From NCBI GenBank assembly GCA_034670305.1, contig JAXMNT010000005.1, positions 32,001 through 96,000 on the forward strand: a stretch of 64,000 nucleotides of DNA, written 5' to 3'. The position numbers and the translations under genes were made by a program. Of the stretch, positions 51,527 to 62,456 are shown piece by piece. Each line of letters begins with the position of its first letter. Position 1 is the first letter of the stretch. Source of the DNA: Deltaproteobacteria bacterium. GTDB taxonomy: Bacteria; Myxococcota_A; Polyangia; Polyangiales; Houyiibacteriaceae. The notes under the pieces were generated by a model. That model saw only the letters and a list, made by a program, of their open reading frames with translations, was not told where the DNA came from and searched no databases.

Positions 51527-53167
51527 GTGGTAGAACGGCCTGTGGCGTCGCCCATTCTTCGAGCCGTCGGGTCCAAGTCCGACGACGTCGCGCAGCCCTC
51601 CCAGTGGGAACGGGTCGGCGTGCAGCGGCTGGCGTGGGTCACTGGGCTCGCGACCATCAGCGGCGGGCTCGGGTCGCTGTTGGTGCTTCTGCGCCAGCCC
51701 AACCTCGGCATTCGCGCGGGGACCGAGCGCCCGCTGCTCATCCCCGCGGTCTGGGGCGCGCTGTCCCTCTTGACCTGGTTCGCCCTTCGGTCGAACGCGC
51801 TCAAACCGGCGCGCCGGCTCGACCTCGGTCTCGTGTACCTGGTCGTCACGTGTTTCATGGGCGGCCTCTTCCGCCATTGGTTGCCCTACGCGGAGAGCGA
51901 CGTCGTGCGCGGCGCGTCCCCGGTCGCGCTCGCGGTGCTCTTCTTCGCCGCAGTCGTGCCGGTGCCGCCCTTTCGCATGGCCGTTGCGGCCATCGCCGCG
52001 TCGCTCGCCGACGTGCTCGCGCTCGCGTGTGTGAACCAGTGGCTGGTCCAGCCGAGCCCGCCCTGGAACCTCTGGCTCTGGCTCTTCGCCCCCAACGTGT
52101 TCGCGGTCGCCATCGCCATCGTCACCTCCCGCTTTCTTCATCAGTTGGCGGAGACCGTGCGGCGGGTGCGTGAGATGGGCGCCTACCGCTTGGTGAAGAA
52201 GCTCGGCAGCGGCGGCATGGGTGAGGTCTGGCGCGCCGAACACCAGGGCCTGGCGCGCCCGGCCGCGATCAAGTTGGTGCGCGCGGAGTTGCTCGGCGGC
52301 GATCCAGAAAAGGTGCAGCGGCTGCTCACCCGTTTCGAACGCGAGGCGCGCGCGACCGCGGCGCTCACCTCTCCGCACACCATCGCGGTCTACGACTACG
52401 GACGCGCGGAGGACGGAAGCTTCTACTACGTGATGGAGCTGCTCGACGGACTCGACCTCGAGACCCTCGTGGCGCGCCACGGCCGACTGCCTCCCGAGCG
52501 CGCGGTCTACCTGCTCGTCCAGATCTGCGACTCACTCCACGACGCGCATCGGCAGGGCCTCGTGCACCGCGACATCAAACCCGCGAACATCATGATCTGC
52601 CGGCAAGGCGCCGAACGGGACTTCGTGAAGGTGCTCGACTTCGGGTTGGTGAAACTCGAACCCACCGCCCAGTCCTCGGACGACGCGGACGACGAAGCGA
52701 AGTTGACCGCCGAAGGCACCCCGCTCGGCACCCCCGCCTACATGGCGCCCGAGGTCGCGCGCGGGAACGAAGCGACGCCCCTGAGCGATGTGTACGCGTT
52801 CGGCTGCGTCGCGTACTGGCTGCTCGCAGGCCGTCTGGTGTTCGCCGATGCCCGCGGCGCGATGGGCCAGCTCGTCGCCCACGGGCAGGATCCGCCCGAT
52901 TCGATCGCCGACCACGTCGTGCTGAGCGGCGAACTGACCGATCTGGTCATGGCCTGTCTCGAGAAGGACCCCGCGAAGCGACCGTCGAGCATGGCGGTCG
53001 TGCAGCGCCGACTGCGCGACACCGACCTCGCCGAGCGCTGGACCCGGACCCACTCGCACGAGTGGTGGTCGGAGGTCGACCTGCCCGCGCTCATCGAGTC
53101 GGAGGGCGAGCTCGACTCGAGCGACCCGGCGCTGCTCGCGACGATGGAAGCACCCTCGAACGAGTGA
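51527..53167 (+). CDS. Membrane-linked Ser/Thr protein kinase (N-terminal multi-TM domain)
   Basis: GSGGMG, AAIK, HRDIKPAN, DFG, GTPAYMAPE. The start is uncertain. Confidence 0.92.
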   Translation: MVERPVASPILRAVGSKSDDVAQPSQWERVGVQRLAWVTGLATISGGLGSLLVLLRQPNLGIRAGTERPLLIPAVWGALSLLTWFALRSNALKPARRLDLGLVYLVVTCFMGGLFRHWLPYAESDVVRGASPVALAVLFFAAVVPVPPFRMAVAAIAASLADVLALACVNQWLVQPSPPWNLWLWLFAPNVFAVAIAIVTSRFLHQLAETVRRVREMGAYRLVKKLGSGGMGEVWRAEHQGLARPAAIKLVRAELLGGDPEKVQRLLTRFEREARATAALTSPHTIAVYDYGRAEDGSFYYVMELLDGLDLETLVARHGRLPPERAVYLLVQICDSLHDAHRQGLVHRDIKPANIMICRQGAERDFVKVLDFGLVKLEPTAQSSDDADDEAKLTAEGTPLGTPAYMAPEVARGNEATPLSDVYAFGCVAYWLLAGRLVFADARGAMGQLVAHGQDPPDSIADHVVLSGELTDLVMACLEKDPAKRPSSMAVVQRRLRDTDLAERWTRTHSHEWWSEVDLPALIESEGELDSSDPALLATMEAPSNE

Positions 53168-53170
53168 GCG

Positions 53171-54412
53171 TCAGGGGCAGCTGATCGCGAGCCCGTACAT
53201 GCCGAGGTCGGTCGAGCTTCCGAAAGCACTCGCCACCGCGTAGACCGCCTCGCCAGGACGCAGGGTGTGCACGATGCGCGCGTCGACCAGGTCGCCGCCG
53301 TCGTCGTTCGCGGCCAGGCACGTCGCGGCGTCGTTGGTGTCGGCGGGTAGTGTCGCGCCGCGGTAGAGCACCAGGAAGGGATCGTCGAGCCACGCGTCGT
53401 TCTCGAAGTCGCCGATCATGTCGATGGTGCAGGTCACGTCGACTGCGCGGTCGTTGCAAATCGCATAGCCCTCGTACTGCCGCGTCACCGGCGTGCGGAT
53501 CAGATCGCACGCGCCCGCCATCTCGTCCCGCGGCCGGGAGAGCGACATGTCTTCGGGCCCGATGCTGCTGTCGAAGCGCATGGAGATCGGCGCGGTGCAC
53601 CCACCGGTGTCGAATCCCATCGGGCCACCGTCGATGCCGCCGTCCGTGCCGCCGTCCGTGCCCCCGTCCGTGCCCCCATCCGTGCCACCGTCCGTGCCCC
53701 CATCCGTGCCACCGTCCGCGCCGGCGTCCGACGTGCCGGCGTCCGCACGCACCTCGAAGTCTCGGCACCCCAGCTCCGGATCGCAGTACTGACCGGAGAG
53801 ACAGGCACCGACCAGCGGCTCTTGCAGGCACACCCCGGCCCGGCACACCGCGCGCACACACAGCTGGGTGGCCATGCATTGAACGTCGGTCGCACACTCG
53901 GGATCGCAGCTCGGTTCGTCGCCTTCGACACACGCCTCAGGCACGCAGCGACCGCCCACGCATTCGGTCGCGTCGAATGCGTCGCCCGCACCCGGGCAAG
54001 TCTGACCGACGCAGCTGCGGGTGATGGTGACGGTGCTCGCCGTCACGCCCTCTACGGTGACCGCGACCCGACGTTCGAACACCAGCCGACGGTCCACGTC
54101 GTCGTAGAACCGAAGCGAGACGTTGGAGAGTTCGGGCGGATCGAAGAAGTGCGCCACCCGCACGCCCGCGATCCAATCGGCGTCTCCGGTCGCGACGACC
54201 GTCTCGGTTCGGTCGCCCTCGACCTCGATCTCCAGAAACCGCCACTCCGCGACCGGCACGAGATCGGTCCGCAGGTCGACCAGCAATTCGCGGGACGGAG
54301 AACTGCACCCGACGGCCATGGCCATCGCGACGTACCCCAGCACCCAGGAACACCTCACCCCCACAGAATGCCGGACTTCGGTCGGGGGCGGTAGGAAGCG
54401 GCGCTGGGGCAC
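53171..54412 (-). CDS. Cys-rich lipoprotein with DGGT linker and C-terminal PPC-like domain
   Basis: AVGC lipobox; Cys-rich middle; (DGGT)n 12-bp repeat ~53630-53720; DDPFLVLY...NDDG. The start is probably downstream of 54412. Confidence 0.75.
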   Translation of the reverse strand: MPQRRFLPPPTEVRHSVGVRCSWVLGYVAMAMAVGCSSPSRELLVDLRTDLVPVAEWRFLEIEVEGDRTETVVATGDADWIAGVRVAHFFDPPELSNVSLRFYDDVDRRLVFERRVAVTVEGVTASTVTITRSCVGQTCPGAGDAFDATECVGGRCVPEACVEGDEPSCDPECATDVQCMATQLCVRAVCRAGVCLQEPLVGACLSGQYCDPELGCRDFEVRADAGTSDAGADGGTDGGTDGGTDGGTDGGTDGGTDGGIDGGPMGFDTGGCTAPISMRFDSSIGPEDMSLSRPRDEMAGACDLIRTPVTRQYEGYAICNDRAVDVTCTIDMIGDFENDAWLDDPFLVLYRGATLPADTNDAATCLAANDDGGDLVDARIVHTLRPGEAVYAVASAFGSSTDLGMYGLAISCP

Positions 54413-54509
54413 GGTCGCCGCGTCGACGGATCAGCGGTCGGGTCGGCTTCGATCGCGCTCGCCGCGTGGACGGATCAGCGCTTTGATCGCGCTCGGCGGC
54501 TCGTCCCCG

Positions 54510-54989
54510 TCAACCCGAAGCACGCGGCGTGCGGACGATGCGCGCGAACGCCACCGAGAGCGCGTGCCCCGCCCAGACTCCGAACAGGGCGCCCGTCCCG
54601 AGTTGCAACCACCACGCGTCGAGTGCGTGACCCGCGGGCACGAGCACGTGCACGAAGATGGGCGCCGCGAAGAGCAGCCACGGTTTCCAGTGGGCGGGGT
54701 CGGCCACCGGCCAGGACCGGCGCACCGCCGCAGTGCACAGGGCCCCAAGCGCGATCCCAGCATAGATCCCGACGCACCGATGACAGAGACACATCGGCGC
54801 GCCTGCGACCCAGAAACATCGGCTCGGCTCCTGATGACAGAACATCGAGAGCAGCGCGCGCAGCGTGCCGGCGCCCGCAGAATGCGGGAACCACGCGGCG
54901 TAAACCAACCCGCCGAGCAGCGGCGCCATCGCGAGCGCCAGTCCCCCACCAGTCCATCCCGAACCGGGCTCCGCGCGCCAGCGACTCAT
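54510..54989 (-). CDS. DUF2085-like membrane protein
   Basis: CHQEPSRCF...CLCHRCVGIYAG; TM helices; alternative start at 55013. Confidence 0.75.
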   Translation of the reverse strand: MSRWRAEPGSGWTGGGLALAMAPLLGGLVYAAWFPHSAGAGTLRALLSMFCHQEPSRCFWVAGAPMCLCHRCVGIYAGIALGALCTAAVRRSWPVADPAHWKPWLLFAAPIFVHVLVPAGHALDAWWLQLGTGALFGVWAGHALSVAFARIVRTPRASG

Positions 54990-55017
54990 ACGTTCGGTGT
55001 CCTCGCGCGCCATCGAC

Positions 55018-57249
55018 TCACCGGACGTTCGGTGTCCTGGCGCGCACCACGACCCCGTCGCCGATCGTCGCGCTCTTCTCGGGATCGCAATCCAGCAGCA
55101 CGACGTGCGACCCGGCTTCGACCCAGATCGGTTCCTTGCTCGTGCACCGCACGAGGATGAGCGTGGAGCGGCCACTGACCCGCACCCCGCCCTGCACGAG
55201 CTCGCAGTCGACGAGCAGCGCCTGACCACCGCGCTCGAGCCGCACCGCCGCATCCTCCACCACACCCCAGGTGCCGCCGTACGCACACTCGGTGCAGACG
55301 ACGACCGCGTCGTCGACCAAGAGCCCGGGCAGGGGCCAATCGTCCCGCGGGTTGTGGGTCTGAAACCCCGTCTTGCGCTCCTTGCGATGGCGCACCACCG
55401 GGGCGGGCGCGAGCCATGGGGGCGCCTCACGGGCCAGGGGTTCGCCGAGAAACGCCAGCGCGTCGTCCATGCTTCCGCTGTCGGCCATGGCCTTGGCCGG
55501 TTGCCACCGATGCAGCGCATCGAAGCGCCGACTGCACAGCCACACGCCGCGATCGTCCGCGAAGCCACGCCGCACCACCGCGTGCGGGTAGGGCGTGCGG
55601 CTGGGCGCGAGCAGTTGTTCCATGTGTTCCTCGCTCTCGCTCAAGAGCCGGACGACGTCGCCTCCGCCCACCCAGAACAAACCCCGCGGCGGCGACTCGA
55701 ACCCGACCGAGGTCGGCCGCAGCAGCGCCGCGGTCTCGCACTGCCAATCGATGACGAAGTCGAACGGAAGCTCGGTCCGCTGAAGCGACCCGCCCGCACC
55801 CGCGCGAAAGAGGGTGTGCCCGGCGCGCATGTGAGACGCCGCGGGCCAGCCGTACAGATGGCCGGGGAGGTGGCCCACCTGGAGACTCCCCGACTTCTCC
55901 CCACACGCGAGCAACCCTTCCGAACCCACGTAGGCCCACGCGCCGTAGCCGAAGATCGCGCCCTCGCCGAAGCGCACGCACGTCTGGTAGGACACCCCGT
56001 CTGGAAGCGGGACCACCCCGAGGGGCGCGCCTTCGGCGTCGAAGCGCTCAACGCCCGTCTTCGCACCGACGAGCAGACAGCCGGGATTCGCGCCTGCGGA
56101 AGCGACGGTCATCAGGTCTCCGCGTGCGCAGAGCAGCTCGGGCGGCTCGTGGGGCCGGCTGACCGAGAGCCCTTTCGCGTTGGTGAAGTAGAGCGCGTTG
56201 CGGTGCACCGTCCAACCCCGCGCCGCGAGGAAGCGGTACACCTGGTGTTCCCCCGTCGCCAGGTGCAGCCAGTGCAGCGTGCACTCCTCCGTGTTGCGCG
56301 GCTCCGGACCGCAACTCACGAGCCAGCCATCGATCACGAGCGGCTCGTAGCCGCGGAGCAACCCCGCCTCTCCGATCGCAATGCGCGCGCTGGCCGAATC
56401 GAATCCATCCTGCCCGGCCGCCCGCACTGCGTTTCGGAGAGACAGCGCCGCGTGTCGGGTGGGCGGCTCGCAGCTCGGGACCGCGGCCGAATCCAGGTGC
56501 AGCGGCACCTCGACGATCTCCTTTCGGCCGAACAACACGAGCGTGTCTCCGCGGCGCTCGAAGAACTCGAACGTGGCGCCGCCGTTGCGGTGCGGCTCTG
56601 TCGGATCCGTCGGGTAGAGCTCCACGAACGCGGTGCCGATCGGGGTCCCATCGAAGTGCGCGACGAAGAGGCTGAGCCGCCCGTTGAGAAACGCGCACAC
56701 CGCGATCTCCGCGTTCTCCGCATCGCGAATCGGCTCGAGCAGCGCCAACCGCCAGTTCGGCGACATCGGCAGGTCGAGCGTTCGCGACACCGCGCCCTCG
56801 TTCCACCAGGCGAGCCAGTGCCGATCCTTCTCCCGGTCGTACATGAGCAACAGGAGTGCGTCGCCGCGCCGGATCATCTGGGTGCACTGGATCTGCGCTG
56901 TCGTCTGGGTCTCTGGGCCGCGGTCTGGATCCAGGTCGAAGCGTTCCGGGTGCGCGATGTTGCCGAGCGGATCGATCGTCCGCCCGCCCCGCGCGACGAG
57001 CGCCTTCACCAGCGCCCGGCGCCACCTCGGATCTCGCAGCGTGCCATCGCGCAATCGTGCGTCGACGTCTTCGCGCGCCACGATCGCGGTCGCCCAGACA
57101 TCCAAGAGGTCCGGCGGCACCGCCTGGAGCGTCAGCGCCTCGTCCACCGCCGCCGCGTCCGGGGGCGTCGGCCCGTCGTACGAGACCACCACGTCCGTGC
57201 CGAGCAACGTCCCCGTCCAGCTGGCTTCCGGCGCACCGAGCTTCCACAT
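55018..57249 (-). CDS. Large hypothetical protein (beta-rich)
   Basis: Long ORF with protein-like composition from MWKLG; no recognisable motif. Confidence 0.6.
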   Translation of the reverse strand: MWKLGAPEASWTGTLLGTDVVVSYDGPTPPDAAAVDEALTLQAVPPDLLDVWATAIVAREDVDARLRDGTLRDPRWRRALVKALVARGGRTIDPLGNIAHPERFDLDPDRGPETQTTAQIQCTQMIRRGDALLLLMYDREKDRHWLAWWNEGAVSRTLDLPMSPNWRLALLEPIRDAENAEIAVCAFLNGRLSLFVAHFDGTPIGTAFVELYPTDPTEPHRNGGATFEFFERRGDTLVLFGRKEIVEVPLHLDSAAVPSCEPPTRHAALSLRNAVRAAGQDGFDSASARIAIGEAGLLRGYEPLVIDGWLVSCGPEPRNTEECTLHWLHLATGEHQVYRFLAARGWTVHRNALYFTNAKGLSVSRPHEPPELLCARGDLMTVASAGANPGCLLVGAKTGVERFDAEGAPLGVVPLPDGVSYQTCVRFGEGAIFGYGAWAYVGSEGLLACGEKSGSLQVGHLPGHLYGWPAASHMRAGHTLFRAGAGGSLQRTELPFDFVIDWQCETAALLRPTSVGFESPPRGLFWVGGGDVVRLLSESEEHMEQLLAPSRTPYPHAVVRRGFADDRGVWLCSRRFDALHRWQPAKAMADSGSMDDALAFLGEPLAREAPPWLAPAPVVRHRKERKTGFQTHNPRDDWPLPGLLVDDAVVVCTECAYGGTWGVVEDAAVRLERGGQALLVDCELVQGGVRVSGRSTLILVRCTSKEPIWVEAGSHVVLLDCDPEKSATIGDGVVVRARTPNVR

Positions 57250-57344
57250 GGCTTGAGCGTCGCACGTCCGCGCGGGTCCGCCGGGCGTGAAGTTGCGCAC
57301 GCGCCCGCGCTACCCATCGGCCCGCACTGCTCTACGATGGGTGC

Positions 57345-58001
57345 ATGTTCGGAGCGTTCAAGAAGATGAAGACCCAGATGCCCACCCCCGCCGACGCGCT
57401 GCCTGGCCGCACCGAAGCGATCCCCGTCCCCGAGAAACACTTCGTGCTCGGCACCCGGCTCTCGCCTCCGTGGCCCGAAGGGCACGAGGTCGCGATGTTC
57501 GGGCTCGGGTGCTTCTGGGGCGCCGAGCGGAAGTTCTGGCAGATCGACTCGGGCGTGTACTCGACCCAGGTCGGCTACTCCGCTGGCTACACGCAGAACG
57601 CGACCTACGAAGAGGTGTGCTCCGGTCGCACCGGCCACAACGAAGTCGTGCAAGTCGTGTTCGATCCCGCGACGATCTCGTTCGACGCGCTCGTCCGCAT
57701 CTTCTTCGAGAGCCACGACCCAACCCAGGGCATGGCGCAGGGCAACGACGTCGGCACCCAGTACCGCAGCGGCATCTACGTCTTTGGCGCCGAACAGCGA
57801 AAGACGGCCGAGTCGGTCCGCGACGCGTACCAGACCAAGCTGACCGAAGCCGGACACGGCGCGATCACCACCGAGATCAAAGACGCCGGCGCCTTCTACT
57901 ACGCCGAGGCCTACCACCAGCAGTACCTCGGCAAGAACCCCGGCGGCTACTGCGGCCTCGGCGGCACCGGCGTCGCCTGCCCCGCCCCGCTCGCGACCTG
58001 A
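57345..58001 (+). CDS. msrA: Peptide-methionine (S)-S-oxide reductase
   Basis: [37 protein letters not shown]. Confidence 0.97.
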   Translation: MFGAFKKMKTQMPTPADALPGRTEAIPVPEKHFVLGTRLSPPWPEGHEVAMFGLGCFWGAERKFWQIDSGVYSTQVGYSAGYTQNATYEEVCSGRTGHNEVVQVVFDPATISFDALVRIFFESHDPTQGMAQGNDVGTQYRSGIYVFGAEQRKTAESVRDAYQTKLTEAGHGAITTEIKDAGAFYYAEAYHQQYLGKNPGGYCGLGGTGVACPAPLAT

Positions 58002-58007
58002 CCACGG

Positions 58008-58325
58008 TTTCGGCTTCGGGTTCGGGATCGGCTTCGGGATCGGCTTCGGCGTCGGATTCGGGATCGGCTTCGGATTCGGCTTCGGATTCGGCTTCGGCTT
58101 CGGGATCGGCTTCGGATTCGGATTCGGCTTCGGGATCGGCTTCGGCTTCGGGATCGGCTTCGGCTTCGGCTTCGGCTTCGGCTTCGGCGTCGGATTCCGC
58201 TGCCGCGTCCGCTGGCGCTGCCGCTTCCGCTTCCGCTTCCGCTGCCGCTTCCGTTTCCGCTTTCCGCTTTCCGCTTCCGCTCCCGCTTCCGCTTTCCGCT
58301 CCCGCTCCCGCCGCTCTCCGCTCCC
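58008..58325 (+). repeat. Intergenic hexamer tract (TTCGGM)n followed by (TTCCGC)n
   Basis: Directly visible between convergent msrA and MBL hydrolase genes. Confidence 0.93.
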
Positions 58326-58336
58326 GCGCGTGGCCG

Positions 58337-59551
58337 TCAGTCCTCCGACGCGGCTCGGAAAATGCTGCGCGCCATCAAGCTGCGTTCGGTCTGGGACCGC
58401 TTGGCGTAGATCTCGCCGCGGCGCTTCCGGATCGCCGCATCGTCCGACGCGCGCACCGCCATCTCCGCCAGATGACACGCGAGCCGGTGGTCGCCCGCTT
58501 CGCTCAGCGCGGTCGCGCGTTCGATGAGCACCGACGCACCCCCGGCCAGCGCTGCGATCTCCGCAGCCAACTTGTCCGGCGCAGCCGGCTTGAGCGACGA
58601 GGGATCGCCGTCCCACCAGCCGCCCCAAAGCCGCCAGAGGTTCTGCACCACGAACTCCGGTTCGTCGTAGATCGGCCGCAAGTACGGCCGCGCCAAGAGG
58701 TGTTCCGGCGCTTCGACGCTGTGCACGATCTCCGCGAGCGGTGCGCCTTCGTTCATCTTCGCCAGCACCTGTTCGCACAGCGACTCGAGCAGCTCCGCCG
58801 TCTCGGTGAGGGCCCGCTCGACCCGGTCTTCGCCGACGATCGGAACCCCGTGTCCGGGCAGGAGCGTCTTCGGCCGCAGCGCCGCCATCTTGCGCAGCGC
58901 ACACGCCCACTCCCAGGGGTAGCGCTGCGCTTTCTGCGGGTTGCCGCAGTTGGGCGACGCCCAGATGAAGAGATCTCCGGTGCAGAGCAGCCGTCGATCT
59001 GGCCACCACATCCACACGTGGTCGTCGGTCTCGCCACGGTCGTGGTGGAGCTCGAACGTCTCGCCCCCGAGCTCGAGCGTGCGGTGGTCGCTCAGGGTCT
59101 CGTCCGGGTAACGGTAGTCGGTCGGCCACTGCAAGCCTGGCGTCCGGAACTGACGCGCGTTGATGCGCCCGTTGTAGCCCGCGGTGCGCTTGTAGCGGTC
59201 GAACCGGCGCGGGCAGTTCTCATGCGCCAGCACCTGCACGCCGGAGGTGTCGCCCCACGCGCCAATCCCCATCACGTGGTCGACGTGGCCGTGGGTGTAG
59301 ACGACGGTGTGGAGCGGCTCGGAGCTCCACCCTTCGATCGACGACTTCGCGAGCGGCCCCGTGAAGAGCGAGCTCGTGTCGACGAGCAAGAGCCCCTTCG
59401 CGGTCTCGATCGCGGAGACGTTCCCGAGCGACGCGAAGTAGCCGACGCCCGGTTCGATCTCCCCGAAGCCGAGCATCATCGAGGTGACCGGATCCCCGTC
59501 GATGCTGCGCTCCCCGGTCCAGAGCGCGTCGGAGACCTCGAGCAGATTCAT
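58337..59551 (-). CDS. Alkyl-sulfatase-like MBL-fold hydrolase with dimerization domain
   Basis: [39 protein letters not shown]. Confidence 0.88.
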   Translation of the reverse strand: MNLLEVSDALWTGERSIDGDPVTSMMLGFGEIEPGVGYFASLGNVSAIETAKGLLLVDTSSLFTGPLAKSSIEGWSSEPLHTVVYTHGHVDHVMGIGAWGDTSGVQVLAHENCPRRFDRYKRTAGYNGRINARQFRTPGLQWPTDYRYPDETLSDHRTLELGGETFELHHDRGETDDHVWMWWPDRRLLCTGDLFIWASPNCGNPQKAQRYPWEWACALRKMAALRPKTLLPGHGVPIVGEDRVERALTETAELLESLCEQVLAKMNEGAPLAEIVHSVEAPEHLLARPYLRPIYDEPEFVVQNLWRLWGGWWDGDPSSLKPAAPDKLAAEIAALAGGASVLIERATALSEAGDHRLACHLAEMAVRASDDAAIRKRRGEIYAKRSQTERSLMARSIFRAASED

Positions 59552-59587
59552 GCAAACGTTCTACCGGGTCGGGCGGCCCGTGGCGAC

Positions 59588-60481
59588 TCAGCTGGCTGTG
59601 GCGTCGATCTCTTTGGCTTCGGAGGCGACGAGGCCAGCGGCGGCGGCGAGTGCCACGAAGGTCGAGACCACGAGCAGCAGCACCGGGACGTGGCCGAGGC
59701 CGGGCGCGGTGGAGTTGAGGCCGGGGACCTCGAGCAGGCGCGATGGCAACAAGAGCGGCACCGCGTTGTGCGCCGCGTGGATCACGATGCAGGGCAGGAT
59801 CGTGACGCTGCGCAGGCGGATGGCTCCGAGCAGCAGCCCGGCCACGAGCGCGGGCACCGCGGCCTCGAGCCGAAAGTGCACCACCCCGAAGAAGAGCGCG
59901 CTGTACACGACCGCGCCCACCGCGCCGTAGCGGATGCGCAGCTTGGCGAGCAGCAGCCCACGGAAGAACGCTTCTTCTAGGATCGGGGCGCCGACCACCA
60001 GCGCGAAGACGGTGAGCGCGCCCCGAACCGGGTCGGTGGGCTCGAGGATGTACCGAAGCTGGATCAACCGCGCCGGGTCGTAGCCAAAGATCATGCGCGT
60101 GGTGTTCGAGAGTTCCGCGAGCGGAAACTGAAGCGCCACCCCAAGCACCACCGCAAACGCGACCGTCGTCGTGCGCGCCCGCAAATGGATCACGGTCTGG
60201 CGGCCCGCGAGGATCGTGACCGCGAGCAGCACCCCGCCGTAGCCAAACATCTGCGTGAGCATCTGACCGAACGGGCGCGCCGACAGCTCCGCGAACGCGT
60301 CGATCCACGCCATGTCTTTGCTGATGGATCGCCCGAGCGACATCACCACCTGCATGCCGAGCCCTGCGCCTACCGCGGCCAGCGTCCAAAGCGTCGCCCG
60401 AGCCAACGTCGCCCCAGCATCGGGCGGTTCGATCAACTCCTCAGCCACCGCCCACCATACCTCTCCCCCTGAGCCGCGCAC
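59588..60481 (-). CDS. CPBP (type II CAAX) intramembrane metalloprotease
   Basis: EEAFFRG, FGVVH, HAAHN; TM helices. The start is uncertain. Confidence 0.88.
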   Translation of the reverse strand: MRGSGGEVWWAVAEELIEPPDAGATLARATLWTLAAVGAGLGMQVVMSLGRSISKDMAWIDAFAELSARPFGQMLTQMFGYGGVLLAVTILAGRQTVIHLRARTTTVAFAVVLGVALQFPLAELSNTTRMIFGYDPARLIQLRYILEPTDPVRGALTVFALVVGAPILEEAFFRGLLLAKLRIRYGAVGAVVYSALFFGVVHFRLEAAVPALVAGLLLGAIRLRSVTILPCIVIHAAHNAVPLLLPSRLLEVPGLNSTAPGLGHVPVLLLVVSTFVALAAAAGLVASEAKEIDATAS

Positions 60482-60530
60482 GCGTGCACACCAGCCTCGC
60501 GAAGCGAGCCAGGCCCGTGTGGCAGCAAAC

Positions 60531-61490
60531 TCAAGTCACGTAGATGACGACGACGACGGCGATGGCCCACATCGCGAGGTTGAGCAGGAAGGGCCAGTCT
60601 TTCAGCATCTGCTCGGTCGGGCTGTCCGCGTCCGACTTGTTCCGCACCAGATCCAAAAACCGGATCACCCCGAATTCCGCGAAGACGATGGTGCCCGCGA
60701 GGTAGTCGGTGCCGAAGAACGCGCGCGTGGTCGGGTCAAGCGTGTAGAGCACGTAGGTCAGCGTGGTCGCGAGCGCCGTCAGCTGCAGCAACACCATCAA
60801 GGTCTTGTCGCTGTACTTCTCGAGCACCTTGCGGGTCTTGCCAGCTTTGCCGCTCGCCTGGGATTGACGGAGCTCGTGCATGCGTTTGCCGAACCCGAGA
60901 AAGAGGCTGAGCAGCAGCGTGACCACCAACAAGTAGACGGAGGGCCGCACCGCGAGCGCGAAGCTCCCGCAGAGCACCCGCAGCTCGAACCCCGCCGCGA
61001 TGCAGAGCACGTCGACGTACGGCACCCGCTTGAGCGAGAACGTGTAGGCGACCTGCAGCACGATGTAGCCGGCGATCGCCCCAAGCACCCAGGGCCCGAG
61101 CAAAAACGCACCGGTGCACGCTGCCAACATCAAGACGCCGGTGGCGATCTTGGCGGCCTGCACGCTGACCACGCCAGCGGCGATCGGCCGGTGGCGCTTG
61201 GTCGCGTGCGCCCGGTCGGACTCGACGTCCGCCAGGTCGTTCATCAAGTAGATCGAGCTGGCCGCAAACGAGAAGAGGCCAAACGCGATGGCGCTCCTCG
61301 TCATCATCTCGACGTCGCCGAGCCCCTTGGCGAACACGAGCGGCGCGACCACGAATGCGTTCTTCACCCACTGGTGCGGACGCATCGCTTTGAGCAACCC
61401 CGCCACGGGTCCCGTCCGCGGCCGGGACGGAGCTTCGTCGGTGGCATGGTCGGCCACCTCGCTGACAGGCTCGCTCACGGACCCCGCCAT
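60531..61490 (-). CDS. UbiA-family decaprenyl-phosphate phosphoribosyltransferase-like protein
   Basis: MRPHQWVKN, YLMNDLADVESDRAH..KRHRPIAAG, AYTFSLK, FGKR. Confidence 0.88.
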   Translation of the reverse strand: MAGSVSEPVSEVADHATDEAPSRPRTGPVAGLLKAMRPHQWVKNAFVVAPLVFAKGLGDVEMMTRSAIAFGLFSFAASSIYLMNDLADVESDRAHATKRHRPIAAGVVSVQAAKIATGVLMLAACTGAFLLGPWVLGAIAGYIVLQVAYTFSLKRVPYVDVLCIAAGFELRVLCGSFALAVRPSVYLLVVTLLLSLFLGFGKRMHELRQSQASGKAGKTRKVLEKYSDKTLMVLLQLTALATTLTYVLYTLDPTTRAFFGTDYLAGTIVFAEFGVIRFLDLVRNKSDADSPTEQMLKDWPFLLNLAMWAIAVVVVIYVT

Positions 61491-61602
61491 GCCGCAGGAG
61501 TGCGTTTCTGACAAGTCGACGGCCCGGTTGTCGGCTCCCACGGGCAACTCGAGATCGGCAAAGCCGCGAAGAACAAGCTGGCGCTCGAAGGGCTGTAGCG
61601 GC

Positions 61603-62376
61603 CTATGCGGCGCGCTGGGCGCGCTCGGCGCGGTGCTCGCGGAACATGCGGAGCGCGAACTGCCCAGCCGGATGGGCGCGGTACCGCTCCACGTGCGCGC
61701 GCAATCCGCCGTCGAGCTCTTCTGGGCGCATCAGGGTGGCGCCGTACTCCGGCGGCATGACCACGATGGAGAAGAGCGACGCGAAGCTCAGATCCGCGAT
61801 GGTGAACCGATCGCCGACCAGGTAACGGCGACCATCCGAGAGCCGCTCGGCGACCTCGTCCGCGATCGCGTCCACCTTCTGCACGGAGCGCGCGCAGCCC
61901 TCCTCGGTGATGCGCAGCGACTTGCGGAGCACCTTCTCCAGCACCGGGAGCGCAGTGACGAAGAGCCGCGCCTGCGTGGCCCCGACGTTCTCCCGCGCCA
62001 GCCGCTCGAGCCGCGGCCGATCCGGCAGCGCGTACCAGTAGACGATGCGCCGGGTGTGGGCGCCGAGGTTCTCCGAGAAGTGCCGGTCGAGTGCCTCGGC
62101 CTCCTCGAGCTCGAACAAGCTCGGATCCGCGTAACGGGCGATCTCGGTGCTGTCGGCCCAGCGGCTGCCGCCTTGGCCGACCAAGAGCGGCGTCGAGAAA
62201 CGCGTCGAAGTGCCATCGGTCGCTCCGTTGCCGGTCCCAAGAAGCGCGCGCGCCGCGAACGGGAAATGGAACGCCGGCATGTAGCCGTGCTCCCGGTACG
62301 CGACGCCCCCACGGTCGAGCGCCCAGCGGGCCTTCTCGCAGTAGTGGGAGATCTTGATCGTGATGAGCTCGTGCAT
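61603..62376 (-). CDS. Glutathione S-transferase family protein
   Basis: ISHYCEKARWALD, STP.L, DSTEIARY, YLVGDRFTIADL. Confidence 0.9.
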   Translation of the reverse strand: MHELITIKISHYCEKARWALDRGGVAYREHGYMPAFHFPFAARALLGTGNGATDGTSTRFSTPLLVGQGGSRWADSTEIARYADPSLFELEEAEALDRHFSENLGAHTRRIVYWYALPDRPRLERLARENVGATQARLFVTALPVLEKVLRKSLRITEEGCARSVQKVDAIADEVAERLSDGRRYLVGDRFTIADLSFASLFSIVVMPPEYGATLMRPEELDGGLRAHVERYRAHPAGQFALRMFREHRAERAQRAA

Positions 62377-62456
62377 GCGACGCAGCGTGTGGGCAATCGG
62401 GTGCAAAGGAAAGTGGGATGGGGTGCGTTCTTCGGCCAGCTGATCCACCATCGGGC

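Noticed and set aside
59588-60481. Abortive-infection defence gene
   Set aside because: The 'Abi' label on CPBP proteases is historical; the motifs indicate an ordinary intramembrane protease
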